Of a stretch of DNA of 64,000 bases, positions 19,804 through 30,126 are shown in pieces. The notes under the pieces were generated by a model. That model made no database searches and was not told where the DNA came from. It saw only the letters and a program-made list of their open reading frames with translations. Position 1 is the first letter of the stretch. Each line of letters begins with the position of its first letter. A program made the translations under genes and the position numbers. This DNA comes from Alphaproteobacteria bacterium (GTDB lineage Bacteria; Pseudomonadota; Alphaproteobacteria; Sphingomonadales; JAKSBY01): assembly GCA_021774625.1 (NCBI GenBank), contig JAJFIV010000008.1, positions 111,392 through 175,391 of the forward strand, read 5' to 3'.

Positions 19804-20814
19804 CTATTCCGCTTTTGTCATAAATGATTGATAGTCCGCTTTGACCGCATCCCGGTCTATGGTCGGCGCGCCGCCGCTTGTGGCGAGATATAACGCCAGC
19901 TTTTCGGCCAATTCGGGCAAAACCGGGGTCAGGGCTTCCGCGATGGCGGTCATTTCATCCATTTTCCCGTTACAGTGCAGGATCAGGTCGCAGCCGGCAT
20001 CGATTGCCCGTCTTGCCCGCGCCTCATAGTTGCCGCCCAGCGCGCCCATGGATAAGTCATCGCTCATCAGGATGCCGGAAAATCCGATATTGCCCCGGAT
20101 AACATCTTGAATGACGGCGGGCGAGAAAGTGGCGCAATTTTCCTTATCGACGGTGGAATAGACCATATGGGCGGTCATCGCGAAGGGCGCGCTTGCCAGG
20201 GCGCGGAACGGTGCGAAATCCCACTCCGACAGGGTTTGCAGATTGCTGCCGGTCACTGGCAGACGCAGATGACTGTCGACATTCGCCCGGCCATGCCCGG
20301 GGATATGTTTGATCACCGGCAGACAGCCGCCATCCAGTAGCCCTGCCATGGCGCTGCCGCCAAGCACCGCAGCGCTTTCAGGGTCACAACCATAAGCCCT
20401 GTCGCCAATGACCGGATCCGCGCCCACGGCTGGAATATCGAGAACCGGCAGACAATCCACCGTAATTCCCAGCGACCGCAGGTCAGCGGCAATCAACAAG
20501 CTGTTGAGATAAGCAAGCCTTTCCGCCGCCGCTTTATCGCGGGCGTAAATTTCACCAAACACCCCGGCTGCCGGCGGGTTTCGCCAATGCGGCGACCCCA
20601 GCCGGGTGACGCGGCCACCCTCCTGATCAATCAGAATGGCAAGCTGCTCACGGCCCGTGACGTCACGCATCTCGCCAGTCAGGGCCCTGATCTGCCGCGG
20701 ACTTTCGCAGTTCCGGGCAAACAGAATAAAGCCCGCCGGGTTCGTTTGGGCGAAAAAACGGCGCTCTTCCGCCGTCAGCTTCAGCCCCGCGCAGCCGAAA
20801 ATAACAGGCAGCAC
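19804..20814 (-). CDS. nagZ: Beta-N-acetylhexosaminidase (GH3)
   Basis: IDQEGGRVTRL, KHIPGHGRANVDSHL and ILMSDDLSM are typical NagZ motifs. Confidence 0.9.
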   Translation of the reverse strand: MLPVIFGCAGLKLTAEERRFFAQTNPAGFILFARNCESPRQIRALTGEMRDVTGREQLAILIDQEGGRVTRLGSPHWRNPPAAGVFGEIYARDKAAAERLAYLNSLLIAADLRSLGITVDCLPVLDIPAVGADPVIGDRAYGCDPESAAVLGGSAMAGLLDGGCLPVIKHIPGHGRANVDSHLRLPVTGSNLQTLSEWDFAPFRALASAPFAMTAHMVYSTVDKENCATFSPAVIQDVIRGNIGFSGILMSDDLSMGALGGNYEARARRAIDAGCDLILHCNGKMDEMTAIAEALTPVLPELAEKLALYLATSGGAPTIDRDAVKADYQSFMTKAE

Positions 20815-21558
20815 TTAGCGAGCCACAACGATACAGGCTTCGCCGGATGCTTTCAGGCTCTGGCAGGCCCGTTCGGCGCTGTCCCTGCCGTCAAAGGGTC
20901 CGCCCCGGAGACGGTAAAAGACGCCCCGCTCGCCAAGATCCGCCCGTTCAATGTCCGGGTCCAGACCGGCGAAAAGCTGCGGGTAGCGCGCCGCCAGGCG
21001 CTGCCAGCCGTTTGCCGCCGCATCTTCCGAACGGAACGCGCCCAGTTGCAGCAAATGGCTGCCGGCGGCGACAGCCGGTTGCGCCGGCGTCTTCTCCGCT
21101 GTCTGTTGCGGAGCCTGTTGGGAGGTCTGTGCGGTTTCAGCGGGCGGCGGGACAATATCGGTCCGTTCCTCAATGGGCGCCGGGGTGCGCTCCACCGGGT
21201 CTTCCGGACCCTCCTGCATAGTTTCCGGGCGATCTTCGCTTTCCCCGGCGATGGGGTCGAAGACCATCTTGTCCTGATCCGCGATATCCATGCCGCCCTG
21301 ATCCTCGGGCGCAATTTTTACCGGTCCTTCCGGGGCTTTCACCAACGGAATTCCGGCGCCATCGCTGCTGACGGTGCGGTCATACATAAACCACACAAGC
21401 ACCGTAAAAACCAGGACTATGACAATGCCGCCGGCAAGCATCCACAGCCGCGGCATGCCCGGCGCTTTCTCATCACCGGGAACCGGTTCCAGCCAGGGTG
21501 GAAGCCCGGATTTATCATCCGGCTTGTCGGCAGGTGTTTTCTCGTCTTCTGGCATCAA
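20815..21558 (-). CDS. SPOR domain-containing membrane protein
   Basis: N-terminal transmembrane segment, Pro/Glu-rich linker, C-terminal SPOR-like domain ([20 protein letters not shown]...FYRLRGGPF). Confidence 0.85.
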   Translation of the reverse strand: MMPEDEKTPADKPDDKSGLPPWLEPVPGDEKAPGMPRLWMLAGGIVIVLVFTVLVWFMYDRTVSSDGAGIPLVKAPEGPVKIAPEDQGGMDIADQDKMVFDPIAGESEDRPETMQEGPEDPVERTPAPIEERTDIVPPPAETAQTSQQAPQQTAEKTPAQPAVAAGSHLLQLGAFRSEDAAANGWQRLAARYPQLFAGLDPDIERADLGERGVFYRLRGGPFDGRDSAERACQSLKASGEACIVVAR

Positions 21559-23309
21559 TGCATCTCCTTGACCGGTTCGACCCCCAATATACCGAGCCCC
21601 GAGGCAATAACAATGGCCACAGCCCGGATCAAAGCCAGGTGCGCAGAGGTCAGCGCCGCATCATCCTCCACAATAAAGCGAAGGCCCCGATCCTCATTGC
21701 CTTTGTTCCACAGAGTATGAAATTCCGCGGCCAAATCATAGAGGTAAAACGCAATCCGGTGCGGCTCGTAAGCTTCGGCAGCGGCTTCGACACTGCGCGG
21801 CCATTCAGTCAGCCGTTTGATCAACGCCAGTTCGGCATCATGGCGCAACAGCGAGAAATCCGCCTTTTCAAGCGCTGCATCCGAAAAATCCATGCCCGGG
21901 AAAGCTTCCGCGGCCTTGCGGAAGACCGAATGGACCCGCGCATGGGCATACTGTACATAAAAAACCGGATTATCCCTGGACTGTTCCAGCACTTTGGCAT
22001 AATCGAAATCCAGCGGCGCATCATTTTTGCGGGTCAGCATATAGAACCGGACCACATCCCTGCCCACTTCATCGAGCAGTTCCCTGAGCGTGATAAAACT
22101 GCCCGACCGTTTCGACATTTTTATTGGTTCGCCGTCGCGGAACAGGCGGACGATCTGGCATTGCCGGATATCCACATCGGCCCGCCCGCCGGAAAGGGCG
22201 GTGACGGCCGCCTTCATCCGTTTCACATATCCGCCGTGATCCGCGCCGAACACATCGATCATTTTCAGAAAGCCGCGTTTATACTTGTCATAGTGATAGG
22301 CGATATCCGCGGCAAAATAGGTGTAGCTGCCGTCCGACTTTAAAAGCGCGCGGTCCACGTCGTCGCCAAAATCGGTGGCGCGGAACAGGGTCTGCGCCCG
22401 CGGCTCCCAATCATCCGGCTTTTTACCCTTTGGCGGCTCCAGCACGCCTTCATAAACGTGGCCGGCATTCTTAAGAACTTCAATCATTTCCCCGACGCGG
22501 CCCGAGGCCTGCAGTTCCCGTTCCGAAAAAAAGACATCCTGCGCAATGCCAAGACTGGCAAGGTCTTTCTTGATCAGGTTCATCATGGCATCGGCCGCCG
22601 CAATGCGAATTGGCTCCAGCCATTCTTCTTCCGGCGCTCCAACCCATTTGCCGCCGTGCGTTTCAGCCAATTCCCGCCCCAGTGGAACAAGGTAATCGCC
22701 AGGATAAAGACCGTCCGGAATTTCGCCGATACCCTCACCCAGGGCTTCCCGGTAACGCAGATGAACAGACCGGGCCAGCGTGTCGATCTGCGAGCCCGCG
22801 TCATTGATGTAATATTCCCTGGTCACATCAAAGCCGGCCTTGGCCAGCAGACTGGCCAGCGCATCGCCATAAACCGCGCCCCTGACATGGCCGATATGCA
22901 TGGGGCCGGTAGGATTGGCCGACACATATTCCACATTCACTTTTTCGCCATCCCGTTTCCCGTGATCCCCATAATGCCGGCCTGCGGAAAGAATTTCCGG
23001 AATTCGCTGCTGCCAGAATTCATCGGCAATGGTCAGATTGATAAAGCCGGGTCCGGCAATTTCGACGGCCGCAATCTCGCTTTCTTTTCTGAGCGCGGCG
23101 GCAAGCTTCTCCGCGACGGCGCGCGGCGGCTGTGCCAGCGGTTTGGCCAGAAGAAGGGCCGTATTGGCGGCAAGATCGCCATGGGCGGCATCGCGCGGCG
23201 ATTCCACCGTCATCCGATCGAGCTGCACGGCAAGCTCATCAACGCCCAAGTCAAAAGATTCCTGAGTTTTTAGTTGAATAAGATTTTTGAAGTACTTGAA
23301 TACATTCAT
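21555..23309 (-). CDS. argS: Arginine--tRNA ligase
   Basis: [15 protein letters not shown] (HIGH), KMSKRSG (KMSKS). Start taken at MNVFKYFK (ATG 23309), 1 nt downstream of the dgt stop; the track ORF extends to 23357. Confidence 0.95.
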   Translation of the reverse strand: MNVFKYFKNLIQLKTQESFDLGVDELAVQLDRMTVESPRDAAHGDLAANTALLLAKPLAQPPRAVAEKLAAALRKESEIAAVEIAGPGFINLTIADEFWQQRIPEILSAGRHYGDHGKRDGEKVNVEYVSANPTGPMHIGHVRGAVYGDALASLLAKAGFDVTREYYINDAGSQIDTLARSVHLRYREALGEGIGEIPDGLYPGDYLVPLGRELAETHGGKWVGAPEEEWLEPIRIAAADAMMNLIKKDLASLGIAQDVFFSERELQASGRVGEMIEVLKNAGHVYEGVLEPPKGKKPDDWEPRAQTLFRATDFGDDVDRALLKSDGSYTYFAADIAYHYDKYKRGFLKMIDVFGADHGGYVKRMKAAVTALSGGRADVDIRQCQIVRLFRDGEPIKMSKRSGSFITLRELLDEVGRDVVRFYMLTRKNDAPLDFDYAKVLEQSRDNPVFYVQYAHARVHSVFRKAAEAFPGMDFSDAALEKADFSLLRHDAELALIKRLTEWPRSVEAAAEAYEPHRIAFYLYDLAAEFHTLWNKGNEDRGLRFIVEDDAALTSAHLALIRAVAIVIASGLGILGVEPVKEMH

Positions 23310-23310
23310 A

Positions 23311-24507
23311 TTACTGGTTTTCATTATTGAATAATGTCGCATGGGCCCGGAAGGCATAGCCGTCCGTCATCCCGGCAATGTAATCCGCCGCCACTCTGGC
23401 TGTTTCCATGGTTCCCGGACCTGTGGCGCTGGCCGACCATTCCACGGGCATTTTTTCCGGCGCATCGATATACAGGCTAAACAGCGCCTTGACCACCTGT
23501 TTTGCCTGCGCGGCTTTTTCGATCACGGCCGGATGATTGTACATATTCTCGCCGAGATAGGATTTCAGCTCGCCGATCTGTCCCATGAGGTCCGGATCAA
23601 ACCCCGCCATCGCCTCCCCTGCCTGCCGGACGTCACGGGGGGACCGGGGATTAAGGCGTCCGAGCCGCCTTGCTGTTTCCCGCAGCATGCCGCTTACCAT
23701 GTTATTGATCAGATGGCGCACCAGTTCGCTGATCAGGACCGGTTCGGCAATATCTCCCATAGTTTTCCGGATTGCGTCCAGGGCATGGCCGACAATCGAA
23801 ATATCGGACAAATCCCTGATGGAAAACAGCCCCGCCCTGAGACCATCGTCAATATCGTGATTATTATAGGCGATATCGTCGGCATTGGCAGCGATCTGGG
23901 CTTCCATTCCGGCAAAAGTGTGAAGTTCCAGATCCTGTTGCGGGAGATATTCCGCAATACCGAACGGGATATCGGGCGACGGGTTTCTGGGGTCAATTTC
24001 CGTGGCGGCCAGGGGACCGTTATGCTTGGCCAGTCCTTCCAGGCTTTCCCAGGTCAGATTCAGGCCATCGAACGCCGCATAGCGTTTTTCCAGCAGGGTC
24101 ACCAGCCGGATGGTCTGCGCATTATGATCGAAACCGCCATAATTCTTCATGACGTCATTCAGCGCCTCTTCCCCGGCATGACCAAAGGGGGTGTGGCCGA
24201 AATCATGGGCCAGGGCCAGAGCCTCGCCGAGATCCTCGTCAACACCCAGCACCCGGCAGATACTGCGGGCAATCTGCGCCACTTCGATGGAATGGGTCAG
24301 CCGTGTGCGGTAATGATCGCCTTCGTGATGCACAAAAACCTGGGTTTTGTGTTTCAAACGGCGAAAGGCCGTACAGTGAATAATCCGGTCGCGGTCACGC
24401 TGAAAAGCTGAACGGCTGGGGCTTTCAGGTTCGGGAAAAAGGCGGCCGCGCGTTTCCGACGCTTTGCAGGCATAGGGCTTTAATATTTTTTCATAGCTTT
24501 GCGCCAT
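23311..24507 (-). CDS. dgt: dGTPase-like deoxyguanosinetriphosphate triphosphohydrolase (HD domain)
   Basis: [24 protein letters not shown]...[13 protein letters not shown]...[10 protein letters not shown]. Start at MAQSYEKIL (24507). Confidence 0.9.
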   Translation of the reverse strand: MAQSYEKILKPYACKASETRGRLFPEPESPSRSAFQRDRDRIIHCTAFRRLKHKTQVFVHHEGDHYRTRLTHSIEVAQIARSICRVLGVDEDLGEALALAHDFGHTPFGHAGEEALNDVMKNYGGFDHNAQTIRLVTLLEKRYAAFDGLNLTWESLEGLAKHNGPLAATEIDPRNPSPDIPFGIAEYLPQQDLELHTFAGMEAQIAANADDIAYNNHDIDDGLRAGLFSIRDLSDISIVGHALDAIRKTMGDIAEPVLISELVRHLINNMVSGMLRETARRLGRLNPRSPRDVRQAGEAMAGFDPDLMGQIGELKSYLGENMYNHPAVIEKAAQAKQVVKALFSLYIDAPEKMPVEWSASATGPGTMETARVAADYIAGMTDGYAFRAHATLFNNENQ

Positions 24508-24621
24508 GCTGGCTTTCCTGTATAATTGCGGGCAATTTACGGACAAGTCATGGCAATGTCGATGATTGACTTTCGGCCCTGTGCCCTTACATATAATAGA
24601 CTGAAACTTTGAGTACTGAAC

Positions 24622-24960
24622 ATGACAGATATTACACCGGTCACTTTATCGGAAAGCGCGGCGGCCCGGGTTCGGGAATTGATCAAGCGCGAAGGCGACC
24701 AGTCCGTCAAGCTGCGCGTCACGGTTTCCGGCGGCGGCTGCTCCGGATTTCAGTACGGGTTTGCCTTCGATAAAGACCAGAGCGATGACGATGTTGTCAT
24801 TGAACGGGACGGGATCGAGGTGCTGGTGGATTCCATGTCGCTGCTCTATCTGGCCGGATCTGAAATTGATTTTCAGGAGGACCTTGCCGGTTCCGCCTTT
24901 CGCGTTCACAATCCCAATGCGCAATCCTCGTGTGGTTGCGGCTCCTCTTTTTCCCTTTAG
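24622..24960 (+). CDS. erpA: Iron-sulfur cluster insertion protein (HesB/IscA family)
   Basis: [17 protein letters not shown] ... SSCGCGSSF. Confidence 0.9.
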   Translation: MTDITPVTLSESAAARVRELIKREGDQSVKLRVTVSGGGCSGFQYGFAFDKDQSDDDVVIERDGIEVLVDSMSLLYLAGSEIDFQEDLAGSAFRVHNPNAQSSCGCGSSFSL

Positions 24961-25001
24961 AGCCGGTCTTAAGAAAGCGTCCCGCCGGATATGAATTTCT
25001 T

Positions 25002-25772
25002 ATGAAAATTGCGACTTTTAACATCAATGGTGTGAAAGCGCGCCTGCCCCGGCTTTTGGAATGGTTCCACGAATTTTCGCCGGATGTCGCCTGCCTGCAG
25101 GAAATCAAATCTATCGACGACAACTTTCCCCGCCGCGCATTCGAAGATATCGGCTATCAGGTGGAAACCCATGGCCAAAAGGCTTTTAACGGGGTGGCCC
25201 TGCTGTCGAAACAGCCGGTCAAAGCTGTCCGCCGGGGTCTTCCCGGCGATGCGGCAGACGAACAGGCCCGTTATATTGAGGGCACCGTCAATGGGGTTCG
25301 CATCGCCAGCATCTATCTTCCGAACGGCAACCCGGCGCCCGGTGAAAAATTTGACTATAAACTGCGCTGGATGGACCGCTTGATCGATCATGCCGCCGCT
25401 TTGCTGTTGGAGGAATGGCCGCTGGTTCTGTGCGGAGACTATAATATCTGCCCCAGGGATGAAGATGTGTATGACCCCAAGGGCTGGCAGGATGATGCCT
25501 TATGCCGGCCCGAATCCCGCGCCCGGTTCAGGACCCTGATGAATCTCGGCTTCACTGACGCCCTGCGCCATATCATGCCATCCGGCCAGGCCTATACATA
25601 CTGGGATTTTCAACGTGGCGCGTGGCCCAAGGATCATGGCCTCAGGATCGACCATTTTCTGCTGTCCGCGCAGGCGGCGGACCGGTTGCAGGATTGTCAG
25701 GTCGACCGCAGGCCCCGCGGCAAAGACAAGGCGTCGGACCACACGCCGGTCTGGTGCAAGCTTGAGGTCTGA
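25002..25772 (+). CDS. xthA: Exodeoxyribonuclease III
   Basis: MKIATFNINGVKAR...DVACLQEIK...GDYNICP...SDHTPV. Start at the internal ATG 25002. Confidence 0.93.
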   Translation: MKIATFNINGVKARLPRLLEWFHEFSPDVACLQEIKSIDDNFPRRAFEDIGYQVETHGQKAFNGVALLSKQPVKAVRRGLPGDAADEQARYIEGTVNGVRIASIYLPNGNPAPGEKFDYKLRWMDRLIDHAAALLLEEWPLVLCGDYNICPRDEDVYDPKGWQDDALCRPESRARFRTLMNLGFTDALRHIMPSGQAYTYWDFQRGAWPKDHGLRIDHFLLSAQAADRLQDCQVDRRPRGKDKASDHTPVWCKLEV

Positions 25773-25778
25773 CCTGGA

Positions 25779-25934
25779 TTATCCCGCAACGGCCGGGCCG
25801 GCGAATTTGGTGACGACAAAGAGAATGATGATGGAAACCAGCGCTGCCGCAATGCTGTAATCGACACGGGTGGCGCCCCCGGGCTCAGCGGCCAGCCGGC
25901 GCAGCTTTGAACAAAGTTCATGCAAATGGATCAT
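25779..25934 (-). CDS. Orphan Flp/Fap-type pilin-like peptide (51 aa)
   Basis: MIHLHELCSKLRRLAAEPGG|ATRVDYSIAAALVSIIILFVV resembles the Flp G|ATAIEYGLIAALIAV processing and hydrophobic motif, with Asp in place of Glu. RBS AAGGTGAG lies 4 nt before ATG 25934. No tad/cpa genes in the window. Confidence 0.5.
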   Translation of the reverse strand: MIHLHELCSKLRRLAAEPGGATRVDYSIAAALVSIIILFVVTKFAGPAVAG

Positions 25935-26031
25935 TTTTCTCACCTTATTCCGTTGGCTCATTCATAAGGAAGCAACAACGGTGCCAGATATGAAAAATTT
26001 CACCTAACCATCTGTTTTTAAAAACTTATCA

Positions 26032-26051
26032 GTTAAATTACGTAATTTAAC
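26032..26051. promoter_or_regulatory. Perfect 20-bp palindrome, candidate operator upstream of the Flp-like gene
   Basis: GTTAAATTACGTAATTTAAC is its own reverse complement. It lies 98 bp upstream of the pilin-like start. Confidence 0.35.
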
Positions 26052-26124
26052 CATAAACATGGTGGGGACAATCCTGTCTCAAAACGGGATTGTCTGTAAG
26101 CCAGGCCTTACACCGGCTGGCTTT

Positions 26125-26547
26125 TTAGTTTTTGCGGTCTTTAAGGGGAATCACCAGTTTAAGGCCGGACCAGATTTCATCGACGGCGCAGACCTTCACA
26201 TCAACCAGGCCGATGGAGATGGCATAACTCCGGATCACGTCTTCCGTCACATCCGTCGGTACTTTTGACGCCTTTTTTGGCCACGACACCCAGATCATGC
26301 CATTCTGCCGGATGCAGGATTTCAACAGAGGAAGTGTAGCAAACAATTCAACGGCGGATTTTGTAAAATAATGGATGATATCCCGGTCTTTTTCGATCAC
26401 ATCCGTCTGTTCGCGCAAAATCAGCCCCCCGATGGCATCAATCCGCAAAATATCGGCTAAACCGTCCGGTGCAGCGATAACAAGCACTTCAGAACCTGGC
26501 TTGATGCCCAGTTTTTTGGGTAAAGGTGTTCCTGAATATCCTGCCAT
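26125..26547 (-). CDS. DUF3052-like protein
   Basis: MAGYSGTPLPKKLGIKPGSEVLVIAAP... matches my recollection of the DUF3052 N-terminal signature. Confidence 0.65.
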   Translation of the reverse strand: MAGYSGTPLPKKLGIKPGSEVLVIAAPDGLADILRIDAIGGLILREQTDVIEKDRDIIHYFTKSAVELFATLPLLKSCIRQNGMIWVSWPKKASKVPTDVTEDVIRSYAISIGLVDVKVCAVDEIWSGLKLVIPLKDRKN

Positions 26548-26557
26548 CGCTGCTTAC

Positions 26558-27274
26558 CTATGGCTTGAGTGAGAAAGGCGTGAAATTGGTGTCCGAGTCG
26601 AAATAATCCTCGTGTTCCGCTTTTTTGAGCATTGCCACGACTTTATAGGTCACCGGCGTCAGGGCCGCTTCCCAGGCGACTTTCATGGCGAAATTGGTGA
26701 ACAGGACGGTGATGACCAGTTCCAGTGGCCACACGCCGAGAAAGGCGACGGGATAGAAAATCAGGCTGTCCACCCCCTGCCCGACCACTGTAGAGCCGAT
26801 GGTCCGGGTCCAGAGATGCCTGCCTTTGGTCCAGATCTTCATCCGCGCCAGCACATAGGCATTGACCAGTTCCCCTGACCAGAAGGCGAGAATGGAGGCG
26901 AGAACAATGCGTGGCGTCTGGCCGAAAACCGCCTCATAGGCCGGCTGATCGTTCCAACCTTCTGCGGGTGGCAGGCCGACAACCACGAAGGACATCAGGC
27001 TCATAAACAAAAGCCCGGCAAAGCCCGCCCAGACGACGCGGCGCGCCCGTGCATAGCCATAGACTTCCGTCAGGATGTCGCCAATCACATAGGATAGCGG
27101 GAAAAACAGAATCCCGGCGCCGAAAGTCACCCCTGCCACCGTCGAGAGCTTCGCTGCGCCGATCAGATTGGACAGCAGCAGGATGGCCACAAAAGCCGCC
27201 ATGACGAAATCATAATAGCGGTAGCGTTTTGGCCCCACCTGCTGATCTTCACCCCCGGGATTTTGTTTGCTCAT
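26558..27274 (-). CDS. yhhQ: Queuosine-precursor transporter (YhhQ/DUF165 family)
   Basis: YRYYDFVMAAFVAILLLSNLIGAK.., FFPLSYVIGDILTEVYGY, multi-transmembrane. Confidence 0.85.
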   Translation of the reverse strand: MSKQNPGGEDQQVGPKRYRYYDFVMAAFVAILLLSNLIGAAKLSTVAGVTFGAGILFFPLSYVIGDILTEVYGYARARRVVWAGFAGLLFMSLMSFVVVGLPPAEGWNDQPAYEAVFGQTPRIVLASILAFWSGELVNAYVLARMKIWTKGRHLWTRTIGSTVVGQGVDSLIFYPVAFLGVWPLELVITVLFTNFAMKVAWEAALTPVTYKVVAMLKKAEHEDYFDSDTNFTPFSLKP

Positions 27275-27400
27275 AAGAACCCCTCCGGCCTTTTTTGGCC
27301 AAAGTGAGACGAAAAGGCAAGAACGGCGTGAAATGTTTGGCGAAATGGACTGCCATCCGCTATAAATCTACGTAAATAATTAAATAACCCGGAGGAACTT

Positions 27401-28315
27401 ATGTTGAAACGGTTTTCAGGCGCGCTCCTGCTCAGCGGCATTGTTTTTTCCGCCCAGGCGCAACAGACAGCTGACTGGGATTCAGTGGAAATCACCAGCC
27501 AGCACATTGCCGGCAATGTTCATATGATCCAGGGCCGCGGCGGCAATATCGGGGTGTCGGCCGGTGAAGACGGTGTCTATCTGGTTGATGATCAGTTCGC
27601 GCCCCTGACGGAGCGCATCCTGGCAAAAGTCCGGGAAATTTCCGATGGTCCGGTGCGTTTCGTCCTCAATACCCACTGGCATGGCGATCATACCGGCGGC
27701 AATGAAAATCTCGGCAATGCAGGCGTGGTGATCGTCGCCCATGACAATGTCTATGAACGCATGAGCACGGACCAGATGAATAAGATTTTCGGCAGGACAA
27801 CGCCAGCGTCGCCGAAAGCGGCCCTGCCCACAATAACATTTAACCAGACCACCACCTTTCACCTGAATGGCGAGGAAATCCACGCCTTTCGGGTTTCACC
27901 CTCCCACACCGACGGCGATACGGTGGTCTTTTTCAAATCCTCAAACGTGATCCATATGGGCGATACATTCTTCAATGGCCGCTTTCCCTTTATCGATACG
28001 GAATCCGGCGGGCGGCTTGACGGTGTGATATCCACCGCCGATCTGGTTCTGAGCATGACGAATGACGCAACAAAAATCATCCCCGGCCATGGCCCGCTGG
28101 CAGGGCGGGAAGAGCTGACCGCCTATCGCGATACCCTGATCCGGGCCCGCAACGAGCTGAATGTATTGATCGCCGAGGGTAAAAGCCTGGAAGATATTCT
28201 TGCCGCCCGGCCCTTTGAGGACCTTTACCAGAGCTGGGGCGGCAGTGAGGATCCGCCCGTCAGCTTTATCACGATCGCCTATTATGATCTTTCCGGCAAA
28301 ACATTCCGGCAATAG
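27401..28315 (+). CDS. Secreted MBL-fold metallo-hydrolase (paralogue 1)
   Basis: Signal peptide; NTHWHGDHTGGN (HxHxDH), SHTDGDTVV, IIPGHGP. Confidence 0.85.
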   Translation: MLKRFSGALLLSGIVFSAQAQQTADWDSVEITSQHIAGNVHMIQGRGGNIGVSAGEDGVYLVDDQFAPLTERILAKVREISDGPVRFVLNTHWHGDHTGGNENLGNAGVVIVAHDNVYERMSTDQMNKIFGRTTPASPKAALPTITFNQTTTFHLNGEEIHAFRVSPSHTDGDTVVFFKSSNVIHMGDTFFNGRFPFIDTESGGRLDGVISTADLVLSMTNDATKIIPGHGPLAGREELTAYRDTLIRARNELNVLIAEGKSLEDILAARPFEDLYQSWGGSEDPPVSFITIAYYDLSGKTFRQ

Positions 28316-28324
28316 GAGATTCTG

Positions 28325-29206
28325 ATGAAAAAAATCCTTCTTGCATTCGCCGTTGCGTTCACGGCACCCGCCGCTTCGGCCCAGCAGGATTTCGACTGGA
28401 CTTCCGTTGAGATCAAAAGCACCCATGTGGCCGGCAGCGTTCATATGATCGAAGGCCGGGGCGGCAATATCGGCATTTCCGCCGGTCCCGACGGCGTCTT
28501 CATGATCGATGACCAGTTTGCCCCGCTGACCGACCGGCTGATTGCCAAAATCCGCGAAATATCCGATGGCGAAATCCGCTTTCTGGTTAACACCCATGTG
28601 CATGGCGATCATACCGGCGGCAATGAAAATCTCGGCCGCGCAGGGGTGATGATTTTTGCCCAAGACAATGTGCGGAAAAGAATGGCCGAAGGCATCCGCG
28701 GCGGCCCGCCAGCTCCCGAGGATGCCCTGCCCTTGGTCACCTATTCGGATACGGCCACTTTTCATCTCAATGGTGAGGATGTGACCGCGTTCCGGGTTCC
28801 GCCGGCGCACACGGACGGCGATACCTTCATTCATTTCAAAGGCGCGAATGTGCTGCATTTGGGCGATGTCTTTCGCACCACGTCTTATCCAGTGATTGAC
28901 ACCGGCAATGGCGGCACATTTGCCGGTGTGATCGCGGCCACTGAAATTGCCATTGAAATTGCCGGACCGGAAACGAAAATCATTCCCGGCCATGGCTTCC
29001 TCACCGATAAAAGCATGCTGATCACCGTCCGCGATATGCTGGTGGATATCCGCGACAGGGTACAGGTGCTCATTGATGACGGCAAGAGCCTCGAGGAAGT
29101 AATCGCCGCCCGGCCCACGGCGGTATACGACGAACGTTGGGACCAGGGCGGCATGGGTATCGAACGCTTTCTCGGTGTGATTTATGCCGAGCTGAAGGGG
29201 GAATGA
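28325..29206 (+). CDS. Secreted MBL-fold metallo-hydrolase (paralogue 2)
   Basis: Signal peptide; NTHVHGDHTGGN, AHTDGDTFI, IIPGHGF. About half the residues are identical to paralogue 1 by eye. Confidence 0.85.
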   Translation: MKKILLAFAVAFTAPAASAQQDFDWTSVEIKSTHVAGSVHMIEGRGGNIGISAGPDGVFMIDDQFAPLTDRLIAKIREISDGEIRFLVNTHVHGDHTGGNENLGRAGVMIFAQDNVRKRMAEGIRGGPPAPEDALPLVTYSDTATFHLNGEDVTAFRVPPAHTDGDTFIHFKGANVLHLGDVFRTTSYPVIDTGNGGTFAGVIAATEIAIEIAGPETKIIPGHGFLTDKSMLITVRDMLVDIRDRVQVLIDDGKSLEEVIAARPTAVYDERWDQGGMGIERFLGVIYAELKGE

Positions 29207-29209
29207 CTC

Positions 29210-29563
29210 CTACTCCAGTTTCCCTTTAACGGTGATCACCGCCTTCATCGCCGGGTGAAAGTAACAGAAATAATCAAACTGCCCGGCAGTTGAAAAGGTG
29301 ATGGCGCCGCTTTCATTTTTACGCAGCCGCCCGGTATCCCATGCTTTGTCCGAACCCGTCGCTGTGTGCGGGGCAATATCCTGATTGATCCATTCGACGG
29401 TATCGCCGGGCTGTATTGTCAGTTCCGCCGGGATGAATTTGAATTTTGCGATGACAACCTGATGCGTTTGACCGGCCTCCCCGGCAAATGTTCCGGAAAA
29501 TGCTGCCGAGAGGAAGAAGGTAGCGCCCAGAAGGGCGCTACCAAATTCCGCTGAAATCCGCAT
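29210..29563 (-). CDS. Type-1-copper cupredoxin (amicyanin-like ligand loop)
   Basis: Signal peptide. Putative Cu ligands are His in DIAPHTATG and Cys/His/Met in FCYFHPAM (C-x2-H-x2-M). Start taken at ATG 29563, giving a TAATG overlap with the upstream stop. Confidence 0.8.
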   Translation of the reverse strand: MRISAEFGSALLGATFFLSAAFSGTFAGEAGQTHQVVIAKFKFIPAELTIQPGDTVEWINQDIAPHTATGSDKAWDTGRLRKNESGAITFSTAGQFDYFCYFHPAMKAVITVKGKLE

Positions 29564-30096
29564 TACATGCCGCATTTCAGTGCCTTGACCATATGTCCGG
29601 CATGGCCTTCATGGACCTTGAACGTGACAAGTGCGTCGGCAAGAAGCACTTTCAGTTCGGGTACCGTGACATTGGGAATAAAACTGCCCTCAACGGTCTG
29701 GTTGACCACCTGATGATAGCCGAGCTCGTTGGCGGCATAGGCGCAATCGAACGTCTTGCCGGACAGCCGGCGCAGTTCTTCACGTTTCTGGGCTGCCCCG
29801 CCAACAAGGGCCTGGCTCAGGCTGTTATCCTGTGGCGTTACCTTCAGCCGGGTGATCAGGGCGACGGATTCATCATTAACCGCTGTGTGGTCGCGAATCA
29901 TGGTCTCGGCAAACTCGATAACGTCAGGATTATCGCTCAGGGCCAGTGCCAGATGGGCGTAGCGGATATCCAGATTGCCCGCCGTGTAGGCCGTGTGGGC
30001 AATTTCCAGATCATTCATCATTTCCTGCGCCAATGCAGAGGTCGTCAATGTGGCGGCCATAACCGCCGCTACGGTTGTGTTCATTACTTTTGTCAT
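29563..30096 (-). CDS. DUF4142-like secreted protein with a His/Cys/Met-rich C-terminal tail
   Basis: Signal peptide (AAVMAATLTTSALA). IEFAETMIRDHTAVNDE and FDCAYAANELGYHQ resemble DUF4142. Tail HEGHAGHMVKALKCGM. Confidence 0.65.
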   Translation of the reverse strand: MTKVMNTTVAAVMAATLTTSALAQEMMNDLEIAHTAYTAGNLDIRYAHLALALSDNPDVIEFAETMIRDHTAVNDESVALITRLKVTPQDNSLSQALVGGAAQKREELRRLSGKTFDCAYAANELGYHQVVNQTVEGSFIPNVTVPELKVLLADALVTFKVHEGHAGHMVKALKCGM

Positions 30097-30126
30097 GTTT
30101 GTTTCCTGTTCATGGTCCGGTTGAAG

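Noticed and set aside
27275-27400. Possible preQ1 riboswitch in the yhhQ leader, since YhhQ-family transporters are often preQ1-regulated
   Set aside because: The leader has only a small GGCC-AAAAAA-GGCC hairpin next to the RBS. I could not find the preQ1-I pattern: a P1 hairpin followed by an A-rich tail containing the conserved CUA.
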